The translations under genes and the position numbers were made by a program. From Craspedostauros australis (Eukaryota): 52,064 bases of DNA. The stretch covers positions 1-52,064 of the forward strand of contig JALAGF010006545.1 in the NCBI GenBank assembly GCA_030167865.1, read 5' to 3'. The notes below the pieces were generated by a model that saw only the letters and a list, made by a program, of their open reading frames with translations, was not told the origin of the DNA and searched no databases. Positions 11,203-19,949 of this stretch are shown here, piece by piece; within the stretch, counting starts at the first letter, position 1; each line of letters starts with the position of its first letter.

Positions 11203-14200
11203 ATGAGATTTTGTGGAAAAGCCGTGCCGTTGGCATTGATGGTCCTTGCGACCGCCGCTCCCGCTTCTGTGGCGTATCAGAACAGTGGCACCAACCCCCA
11301 CCACGGCAGCAGTCACAGCAAGCGCACCTCGCCTTCCCCCATGAAGGATTCCAGATTGGAATACGCTTCGAATGCCTCTGTCGACAGCTCCCTGTTCCTC
11401 AAGGGCGCCGTCCAAGTGCGGTACTCGGATGATACCATCCGCCAGGAGTACCAGACGTGGTGCACCAAGCACAGCAAATCCCTGCAGGACAGCACGGACA
11501 ATGCCCGCTACACCCAGTTCAAGTCCAACTGGATCCGCCAGCAGGAGTACGGCAAGAAGACTGGCCAGTACTTCGAGCTCAACGAATTCGGGGACTGCTC
11601 CTACGACGAGTACCTGGAGCGTGACATCATCCGCAAGGAGTACGGCGACTGGTGCGCAGAGTATGGCAAGACGGCCGACTTCGAATCGGACCGCTACGCC
11701 AACTTCGCCACCAACTGGAAACGCCAGGCCGCGTACAACGAGCAGCACAACATGTACTACAAGCTCAATGAATTCGGCGACATGTCGCAGGACGAATTCA
11801 CCCGCGTGCAGCCCAACGACGCTGCCGCCGGTACATCTGCCGTCACCCCACCGGCAACGGCCGCATCCTCGTCCTCCGTCTCGAGCCTGTACGCGGCTCC
11901 ATCATCCTCGGCATCCCCGCCGGCTTCCACGGGAGCCTCCGCCACCACCACCGACGACGATCTCACCATCCGATCTGAGTACGCCAATTGGTGTGTCAAA
12001 TTCAACAAGGTGGAGGACGATGCCAGGTTCGCCCAGTTCAAGATCAACTGGACCCACCAGAGCGAGCACAACCTCCGAACCGGTGCATCCTTCCAGCTCA
12101 ACGAGTTCGGCGACATGTCCCAGGATGAGTTCCAACACCAGTTGCAGGGTGCCAAATCCTCCACCGCCTCCTTCGTCACTGACGATGACACAGACGAGGA
12201 TGCTCTCATCAAGGGAGAGTACGCGGACTGGTACACCCGCTACAGCAAGCTACCAGACGAACATCGTTTCGCCCACTTCAAGGAGAACTGGAAGCGCCAG
12301 AGCGAGTACAATGCCCAGGTCGGGATCAACTACCTCCTCAACGAGTTCGGTGACATGTCCCAGGAGGAATTCACCTCGATGAAGGAAGAAAAGGAGCAGG
12401 ATGCGTCTGCCTCCTCCTCCTCCGACCCGGATTCCACGTCTGCCATGTCGTCGCTTTACTCCGCACCGACGGCAGACAAGGGCCCCAACATGGCTGACGA
12501 GAGCAAGCCATTCGCTGCCGTGGCATCCACCCCCGCACCACCCCTGCCGGTCGTGTCCACGGCAGCGAAGAGCGCGAGCGACGTCACCATTCGCTCCGAG
12601 TACTCCAGCTGGTGCGCCAAGTACAACAAGAAATCCGACGAAGCTCGCTACGTCCAGTTCAAGCAGAACTGGATTTGCCAGAACGATTACAACATCGAGA
12701 ATGGCACCAGCTTTGATTTGAACGAATTTGGCGACATGTCGCCAGAAGACTTCACGTCCATGCAGCAACAAGAGCAGGCAAGCAGTCTCAACACCAGCAG
12801 CACCAGCGATGCTACCATTGAGACCAGCCCAACGATCGATGCCTCATCCTCATCGTCGGTTGAATCTCTCTACGCTGGCCCTTCGTCCATCGTTGAACCA
12901 GAAGCGACATCGGGATCGTCGTCGTCGTCTTCGGTGTCCTCGTTGTACCCCGCACCGACCGACACCAAGAGCGAAACTGAGGTTGCTGATGTTGTCATCC
13001 CACCTCCTGTCGACGTTGACATCGGTGCCGGCACTGACACCGACATTGCCATCACTACTGACTCATCTGCAGTCGATTCGAACGTCGTCGACGATGCAAC
13101 GGTCCGCTCCAAGTACTCGAGCTGGTGCGCCACGTACGGTAAGCGACCAGACGAAGACCGTTTCGTCAAGTTCAAGCAAAACTGGATCCGCCAATACGAG
13201 TACACCCAGCAGACCGGGAACACCTTGGAGCTCAACGAGTTCGGCGACCTCTCCGAAGAGGAGTTCCACGAGCACAGACAGCTCCAGCAGCGCAAGCAAC
13301 AGCAGCAACTCCAGCAACAGCAGAGTGATGTTGACGCTGCGATCGCCCCCAAGACAGCTCCAGAGATCCTCGATGAAAGCAAGATCCGCTTCGAGTACAC
13401 GGCATGGTGCATGAAGTACGACAAGAAACCCAGCGAGGCCCGTTTTGAGCAGTTCAAGATCAATTGGGAACGCCAGCACCAGCACAATCTCGAAAATGGA
13501 TCGGAGTTCGAGCTCAACAAGTACGGCGATCTTAGCCCGGCCGAGTTTAGGGAGGTTCTACAGGACGAAACGAGCGACGAGACTGATGTCGTTGAGAACG
13601 CAGCACCATCAGTTGTCTTCGACGAACCCACTGTGGACAACTTCACACCACCTGTCCCCGCCAAGACGAAGGCCAGCATCGACCTTTCAACCCCAACTGA
13701 AGCGCACCGCGATGTTGCTGACGCTGTCGACCTTACCACGGGTGCAGTCGAGGTGCCGTCCGCACTAGAGGAAGTTGCGGGGTACAGTATTCCCGATGTT
13801 ACCCCCGACGTTGCCTCGGATATCATCGACGAGACTGCGACCGAAGACGCCACCGACGATATCGAAGATGAAGACGCCAAGATCAGATCGGACTACCAGG
13901 AATGGTGCGTCAAGTATGAGAGACAAGAAGACGAGACTCGCTTCCCCAACTTCAAGCAGAACTGGATCCGCCTGAACCAATACAACGCGGACAATGGAAG
14001 CTCTCATTTCCTCAACGAATACGGCGACTACTCCGACGATGATTTTGCGTCCATGCAAGCAGAGGCAGACGCAGAGGCGAAGGTAGCAGCAGAAGCTGCA
14101 GAGGCCAAGGCGAAAGCCCAGGCGGAAGCAGAAGAGGCCGCCATCGCAGAGGTTGCAGCCATAGCAAAAGCAGAGGCCGAAGCTGAAGCGGAAGCCGAAG

Positions 14201-16710
14201 CAACTGCCGCCGCCGCCGTTGCTGCTGCCGCCGAATCTGCAGAGCCTGCTGCACAAGTCGAAGTTCCCAAACCAGCAGCTCCAGAGCGCCTTTCCAAACC
14301 AGCGGCTCCGGAACCTCCGTCGCTCTTGCAATCACCAAAGCCCATGCAGGGTGGCCTTCCGGTCGAGGAGAGTGTTTGGGATACGCCCATGCCGAGCCTC
14401 TCGCTCGGAGCCACCACTCCAGCACAGCCAGCCATCCCGGATCCAGCCCAAGAAGATGACTCGAAGATCCGATTCGAGTACGCGGCATGGTGCATCCGAC
14501 ACAGCAAGGAGCAAGATGAGAACCGTTACCTTCAGTTCAAGCAAAACTGGATCCGCCAGAACGATCGCAACACAGAGACCGGCGAATCCTTCGGCCTCAA
14601 TGAGTACGGAGATCTCTCACCTTCCGAATACCAGCAGATCTCGCAACAGGAGGAGGAGATGTCGCCCGACGCAGGAAGGTCAGACTACGAGGAGTGGTGC
14701 GTCAAGTACGATAAGACGCCCGAAGACCATCGCTTCGAACAGTTCCAAGTCAACTGGCTTCAGCAGCAAAAGTACGGGAAGGAGACTGGCGACTACATCG
14801 AGCTGAACGAGTTCGCCGACTGTACAGCCGCTGAGTACCATGCTCTCAAGAGTCTGGCGGAAGCAACCGGCGCCACTCTCGCCCAGCCACCCCCGCCAAA
14901 GGTAGAGGAAGCGAAGGAAGCCAAAGAGATGACAGAAGAGAGAGGTGACGAACTATCATCTGCCTTCATCGCCGCCACCACCACCGCCGGCAAGGGATAC
15001 TTGGACACCTTGATGCCCTCCAGCTCTGATCGCGTCACTGGAAGCGGAGCTGACATTAAGGGCTACGTCGACTTCCTCAAGTCGACCGCAACCGACAACC
15101 ACGGAGAAGGAATCCGCTCCCACCTCGACTCTGTCGCTTCTGCCGATGCCTCGGCATTCTCGACCGATGCATTCCCCAAGGCTCCACCAACAGGTCCATC
15201 CCACACCCCACAGGCCACGGTGATTCCTGACGTGAGCAGTATGAACGCATACTCCGCACAAATGCAAGATCCAGACGCTGCGTTGGCCGCTGCGGCGGCT
15301 GATGCGGCGAAAAACGCCGTGAAGCCACTGGACCAGAACTTTTCGTACCTCAAGAAACCAGCCATGGCGACCCCTTCAGGATTGTCCAACGGAACTGGCT
15401 TCAAGTACTTGGATCGTCTCAAGACCTCCAAGCCAACCCGCAGCAATGGTGCAGGAATGAAGGGATACCTCGACGGAATGAAGCCGAAGCCAACGGCCTT
15501 TGTTGGTCGCGGCAAGGGCATCCCATCCTACTTGGATCGTGTCAGCAATGTGAATGCTTCCCAGCTATCACCGCCAGAGAGCAGCAAGGTGCAGGCGGCC
15601 CCGGCACCCGCGACTGTGGCTCCAACCAAGACAGGTGAAGCATGGATGCCACCGCCTCCCCAGACCGAGACGGCGGAAGCACCTCGCATGCCCGCGCACG
15701 AGCAGCAGATGTCAAGCCATCAGCAAGATATAGCACCACCAAATGCTCCAGACCTGACCTTGCAGCAAGGCGCCCAGGGAAATGCGACTCCACAGAGCGG
15801 TGGATCGCAGCCTGGGGTTCGCACATCGAACGCGTTTGGCTTCCCACCCAGAGATGGTATCTCGCAGTTCGTTGACGGGGTGACCAACTCGGATGCGCCA
15901 ACTTACTCTGCCAATGCGTTCCCACAATCGCCACCATTCGCGGGTGGCTCGGACGGGATCATCGAGAAGATCGAGCATGATTCTGTCATGTCCGCGTACG
16001 ACCAGCAGCTCGCAGAAGCAGCACCCAAGGCAGAAGCAGCACCCAAGGCAGAAGCACCGTCCAAGGCGGCAACACCCAAGAAAGATGGCATCAAGGGATT
16101 GGACGACATGTTTGCCTACAAGAAAGAGACGGTCGTTTCCTCGATTCCGGGCAATGCCAGCCCTGAAGTCGAACCACCGCGTCAGTCCGCGGCAACCAAG
16201 ACTACGAGCCCGACGCAAAAGGGCAACCTGCTGCTTGGAAAGCAGCCGCAGGCACAACAGCAACCACAAACACCAACCAAGAACAAGCCACCCGCCGCCG
16301 CAACCGCCAGTAGCAAGGCCATCAACCCACCAAAGGACATCATTGCGACACCGTGGGAGAATGCAACACGCACAGGAAGTTCGTACTTGGACGACATGCC
16401 GCGCAACGCCACGACCACGGCAGCCAACCAAACAAAGACCGACAACTTCCTGGACTTCGTCTCCAAAGAGGAGGAGGAAAAGAAGAAGGCGGAGGAGATC
16501 CGTTCCACATTCGCGGTGGAACGCACCAACCTGCTCGGGGCTTCAGGCACTCCGCAGCAACAGCTGGAAGCCCAGGAGGCCCGCGGAAAGCTTGCCAAGA
16601 TCGATAAGCAGAAGGCGGGAGAGGATGGCTCCGACAACTTCTTCAATGGATTGCGCAGCAACATCGTCGGCATGTTGAAGGGCTGGGGCTTCCTCGACAA
16701 CGGAAATTAG
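11203..16710 (+). CDS. Large (~1835 aa) signal-peptide protein with ten inhibitor-I29 (cathepsin propeptide)-like repeats and a disordered YLD-motif C-terminus
   Basis: Likely ATG at 11203 gives signal peptide MRFCGKAVPLALMVLATAAPASVA. Ten ~55-aa units with consensus IR.EY..WC.KY.K..DE.RF.QFK.NW.RQ..YN...G..F.LNEFGD.S..EF. No papain catalytic QxxCGSCW motif anywhere in the ORF. Confidence 0.85.
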   Translation: MRFCGKAVPLALMVLATAAPASVAYQNSGTNPHHGSSHSKRTSPSPMKDSRLEYASNASVDSSLFLKGAVQVRYSDDTIRQEYQTWCTKHSKSLQDSTDNARYTQFKSNWIRQQEYGKKTGQYFELNEFGDCSYDEYLERDIIRKEYGDWCAEYGKTADFESDRYANFATNWKRQAAYNEQHNMYYKLNEFGDMSQDEFTRVQPNDAAAGTSAVTPPATAASSSSVSSLYAAPSSSASPPASTGASATTTDDDLTIRSEYANWCVKFNKVEDDARFAQFKINWTHQSEHNLRTGASFQLNEFGDMSQDEFQHQLQGAKSSTASFVTDDDTDEDALIKGEYADWYTRYSKLPDEHRFAHFKENWKRQSEYNAQVGINYLLNEFGDMSQEEFTSMKEEKEQDASASSSSDPDSTSAMSSLYSAPTADKGPNMADESKPFAAVASTPAPPLPVVSTAAKSASDVTIRSEYSSWCAKYNKKSDEARYVQFKQNWICQNDYNIENGTSFDLNEFGDMSPEDFTSMQQQEQASSLNTSSTSDATIETSPTIDASSSSSVESLYAGPSSIVEPEATSGSSSSSSVSSLYPAPTDTKSETEVADVVIPPPVDVDIGAGTDTDIAITTDSSAVDSNVVDDATVRSKYSSWCATYGKRPDEDRFVKFKQNWIRQYEYTQQTGNTLELNEFGDLSEEEFHEHRQLQQRKQQQQLQQQQSDVDAAIAPKTAPEILDESKIRFEYTAWCMKYDKKPSEARFEQFKINWERQHQHNLENGSEFELNKYGDLSPAEFREVLQDETSDETDVVENAAPSVVFDEPTVDNFTPPVPAKTKASIDLSTPTEAHRDVADAVDLTTGAVEVPSALEEVAGYSIPDVTPDVASDIIDETATEDATDDIEDEDAKIRSDYQEWCVKYERQEDETRFPNFKQNWIRLNQYNADNGSSHFLNEYGDYSDDDFASMQAEADAEAKVAAEAAEAKAKAQAEAEEAAIAEVAAIAKAEAEAEAEAEATAAAAVAAAAESAEPAAQVEVPKPAAPERLSKPAAPEPPSLLQSPKPMQGGLPVEESVWDTPMPSLSLGATTPAQPAIPDPAQEDDSKIRFEYAAWCIRHSKEQDENRYLQFKQNWIRQNDRNTETGESFGLNEYGDLSPSEYQQISQQEEEMSPDAGRSDYEEWCVKYDKTPEDHRFEQFQVNWLQQQKYGKETGDYIELNEFADCTAAEYHALKSLAEATGATLAQPPPPKVEEAKEAKEMTEERGDELSSAFIAATTTAGKGYLDTLMPSSSDRVTGSGADIKGYVDFLKSTATDNHGEGIRSHLDSVASADASAFSTDAFPKAPPTGPSHTPQATVIPDVSSMNAYSAQMQDPDAALAAAAADAAKNAVKPLDQNFSYLKKPAMATPSGLSNGTGFKYLDRLKTSKPTRSNGAGMKGYLDGMKPKPTAFVGRGKGIPSYLDRVSNVNASQLSPPESSKVQAAPAPATVAPTKTGEAWMPPPPQTETAEAPRMPAHEQQMSSHQQDIAPPNAPDLTLQQGAQGNATPQSGGSQPGVRTSNAFGFPPRDGISQFVDGVTNSDAPTYSANAFPQSPPFAGGSDGIIEKIEHDSVMSAYDQQLAEAAPKAEAAPKAEAPSKAATPKKDGIKGLDDMFAYKKETVVSSIPGNASPEVEPPRQSAATKTTSPTQKGNLLLGKQPQAQQQPQTPTKNKPPAAATASSKAINPPKDIIATPWENATRTGSSYLDDMPRNATTTAANQTKTDNFLDFVSKEEEEKKKAEEIRSTFAVERTNLLGASGTPQQQLEAQEARGKLAKIDKQKAGEDGSDNFFNGLRSNIVGMLKGWGFLDNGN

Positions 16711-17189
16711 GTAAGGACGAAGACACGATGAGGCATGATGACAGTACCAACAGCACCAAAAGCAGGAACAAGAACAAGAAAGAACGTCGACACCACCAAC
16801 AACAACGACACCAACAACGATGGCGCCATGAAGCGGCACGGAGAAAGGCAGACAAACAGGTCAACAACAGTAACAAGAAATGATAAGATGAAGTGAAACA
16901 CAACAATCGAAAACAGAGTATCAGCATCGCTGCATGACAAGTAGTCCGCTCATGCGGACTTGCTGTTGCACCTTGGGGACGCGGGTTCGTGCTTCGCGAT
17001 GTCCAACCAGCGGCACTTTCATGCAGGTGACTCAAGAGGATCACAAGACAATCAGGGAGCGCAACGGCCTCATGCAAAAAGCTTGTGTGTACTGGCATTC
17101 GTTGGGTTGATTTGTTGTGATGTTTGTAAGTTTACAGGATAAGATGTTGTGTTTTGCAGCGCATGAATAGTTGCATCGCGCTTGACGAT

Positions 17190-18351
17190 TTAGTCGTAGA
17201 CACATGGGGCATTGGATGACGACGTGATGATGAGCGCGACGATGAAACCATACAGACCAATGGCTCCGCTGAAGGACAAAATTGTGACCTGGCCGATGTA
17301 GAGCTTTCCTGCATCACCCTCCTCAACGATCTCTCCTCCTCGGCCGCCGCCTCCGAATGCGTTTGCCTTGGCGTGGTTGAGCTCGGCACGCAGACCCGTC
17401 GCTCGGATGCCGACATCTCCAGCAACTCCGGTGGCACCGCCAGCCGCCAAACAGCAGAGACCGCACGAGATTCCAGCAGCGAAATGGGCCCAGCCAGTGT
17501 ATTGCGAGTATGTGTTTCCATTCTCAGTTGGTGCAGAGATTCCTCCGCTGATGATGATGGAAACGATAAGTCCATAGATTCCGAGCACTCCAGCCATGAT
17601 GATAGCCACCAGGTTCTTAATGATACCGTTTGGATGCGTGATACCCATTCCGCACAGTCCCAAACCGGACTTCCATGTTCCCCATCTGTAGTTTTGCAAC
17701 GTCGAAGCGTGGCGTGTTGTTGCGGATCGATTGTAGCAGAACAGAGCAGACATGTGTCAGATGGCAGTATGTGACGGGTGTGCACAGATGGATACGAACG
17801 CAGCCTGTGTTGAAAGCTGCTCAGAGAAGACTTGATTCCAAATCCATCCGCAGCCAAGATGACTCCAACAGGCCTGTCTCCGTGCAGTTCAAATCCATGC
17901 TGTCACGCGCATCCTGTCCATCGATGCAATCATGCACTTACGCAGCTCCCCAGTTGGCGAAGACAATGCAAAGGGCGGCGCCCAGGTAACCACTGCGAAA
18001 CGGAGATCAAGTCGTGTGCAACAGTGGCAGCGTGCACACATGAAGCCAAGCAAATGGACGTGAGGAAGGAACGAAGGTGGGAGTGCAACCCAAATGAACG
18101 CTGGTGTGAGTGATTGAATGATTGATACCATCGTGTAACATAACATAACATAGCGCAACGCAGCGCAATACAACACAAGCCATTGCGACGCTGCCCAACA
18201 CACATCGCATCGCGCTGCAAATCAATCCAGGAAAGCGCGCCAAGACCGCTCCGCACCCAAATCCCGGCATTGGTGACAACGAAATCGACACTTACAGAAC
18301 TGGTGCCCATGATGGGCAAGTCTCATATCCCACTGGTGAATCGTCTGCCAT
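17190..18351 (-). CDS. VHA-c: V-type H+-ATPase V0 proteolipid subunit c paralog (200 aa); 3 exons; lacks the canonical Glu
   Basis: Exons 18351-18296, 17992-17942 and 17685-17190, with GTAAGT...CAG introns. Spliced protein: MADDSPVGYETCPSWAPVLGYLGAALCIVFANWGAAWGTWKSG...IIMAGVLGIYGLIV...AHFAAGISCGLCCLAAG...GDVGIRA...ILSFSGAIGLYGFIVALI. Confidence 0.92.
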
Positions 18352-18505
18352 CTTGTCGTCTGTGTTTTACTTTGTTTGCTTCGTCTATTGTATCGGTATT
18401 GTACAGTCGTCGTGTCGTCAAGGTTGCGGATGCTCTCTGGATGTCCGAGATGGGGCGGTCCTTCTTGTTGCTCCTTCGTTGTCGCCTCAACCGCTTCTTG
18501 CTTTG

Positions 18506-18527
18506 CTCTCTCTCTCTCTCTCTCTCT
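18506..18527. repeat. (CT)11 microsatellite
   Basis: Read directly; lies upstream of the V-ATPase c gene. Confidence 0.9.
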
Positions 18528-18992
18528 GCGTTGCCGAGGATTGGCCATTGCCGTCTTGTTGGCTCCTTCGGACCAAACGCCTGGTCGTGCTGTTTCGCCG
18601 TGGTTGTGGTACGGTTCTCGGGCATTGCGTGCGGCCAGCGTTCAACGCGAAGGCAATCATTAATTTACATGCATGCATCAATATAATAATAATGTTGGAT
18701 AGTATTAGAGAATGCATATAATTTGAAGCCCTGTATGTCGCACTTGAGCATACGCTGACCTTCATGACTGTATGTCAACAAATTCAAGCAGCCCAACTTC
18801 GAGCCATCCGGGCCATGAGATCAGATGAGTCGTCATTCAGTCGTGTACATATCATGGAGCACGTCTGAAAACAAACTTCACAATTCTTCGAAATCCTTGC
18901 CAAACAGGACTGTTGCAGCAGCGACGTTGATCAACTGATCCACCGACACATGCTCCATCCAACAAGGGCGACGAGATAGCATCATTTGAAGA

Positions 18993-19949
18993 ATGATCAC
19001 GGGCACGATGATGGAAATGAAGGGCGGAGTCATCAGAAGGAGAAGGAGAGGGCACATTGCATTGCTCGTCGGTGCATTCATGACCCGAGCTGCTGCGGCG
19101 CTTTCTTCTCCTGTTCCCAAACAACGACAGCGCAGATGCGTGCTACGGCCATGGCACAACAAAGAGATCTCCCTCGGTTGGTGCTTGGAAGTCATCGACG
19201 AGGACAGCCGGAAGCACACCGTCACGACCTACTGGAATGATGAGGCTGGAAACGACGGCGCGGGCACAACGGTCCAAGTCCCAACACCATCCTCTGTCGA
19301 AGCGCTCTCCGATTCCTTGTGGCCACCATCCTTCGCGTCTTCCATCCTGCTCTGCTCACCCACATTCCAACGCAATCTCGCCGCCACCCCGAACATCCTC
19401 GAAATGGGATGCGGATTGGGATTGACGGGCACCACGTTGGCCACCAAATTGCAGCAAAAGGTCAACGTCACGCTGTCCGACATCAATCCCGTACCGCCCG
19501 ATGCCATCGCTTTCGATTGGCGCGACGCGACGCCCGATATGCCCTGGGATTGCATGATCGGATCCGATATTGCCTACTATCACCATCTGCTGCGTCCCAT
19601 CCTCGACACCATCTCACCACATCGTGACGCCATCGTCGTGGGGCAGGCCAACCGCGAATCGCAATGGGATCTGTACAAGATGATGCGCGATGGCGGATAC
19701 AACCTTCGGACGGATGAACAGGATGCACCGTGGGATGGCAGCGATCTGCAGATGCTGCTGTACGAGCTGGAAATGTCCGAATGGAATCAGGACTTTGACG
19801 TCATTGACGGTGTCGTGCCGATTGCGGCTCTGGTGTATCGCAGCAAGGATAGCAGCACCTTCACGGTGGAAGATGCGGCGCCTTGGTTTTCCGAGCATGA
19901 CTACAAGGCGACCGACGAAGATGATGAAGCCATTGTGAAATCATTTTGA
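18993..19949 (+). CDS. SAM-dependent protein lysine methyltransferase-like (Methyltransf_16 / METTL21-23 family)
   Basis: LWPPS pre-motif, motif I ILEMGCGLGLTG, post-I VTLSD, FDW, and motif II DCMIGSDIAY (DxxY). Hydrophobic N-terminus IALLVGAFMTRAAAAL suggests an organelle-targeting presequence. Confidence 0.8.
   Translation: MITGTMMEMKGGVIRRRRRGHIALLVGAFMTRAAAALSSPVPKQRQRRCVLRPWHNKEISLGWCLEVIDEDSRKHTVTTYWNDEAGNDGAGTTVQVPTPSSVEALSDSLWPPSFASSILLCSPTFQRNLAATPNILEMGCGLGLTGTTLATKLQQKVNVTLSDINPVPPDAIAFDWRDATPDMPWDCMIGSDIAYYHHLLRPILDTISPHRDAIVVGQANRESQWDLYKMMRDGGYNLRTDEQDAPWDGSDLQMLLYELEMSEWNQDFDVIDGVVPIAALVYRSKDSSTFTVEDAAPWFSEHDYKATDEDDEAIVKSF

Noticed and set aside
16708..17026. AG/GTAAG donor right after the stop codon of the I29-array gene, with a possible CAG acceptor at 17024-17026
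   Set aside because: Would be only a 3'UTR intron and cannot be supported without transcripts.
17190..17753. Single-exon 187-aa V-ATPase ORF as given in the track
   Set aside because: Its N-terminus is intron sequence; the 3-exon model restores TM1.
11203..18351. Functional coupling of the I29-array gene and the convergent V-ATPase c gene (pH-linked system)
   Set aside because: Based on adjacency only; neighbouring eukaryotic genes are usually unrelated and the predicted compartments may differ.
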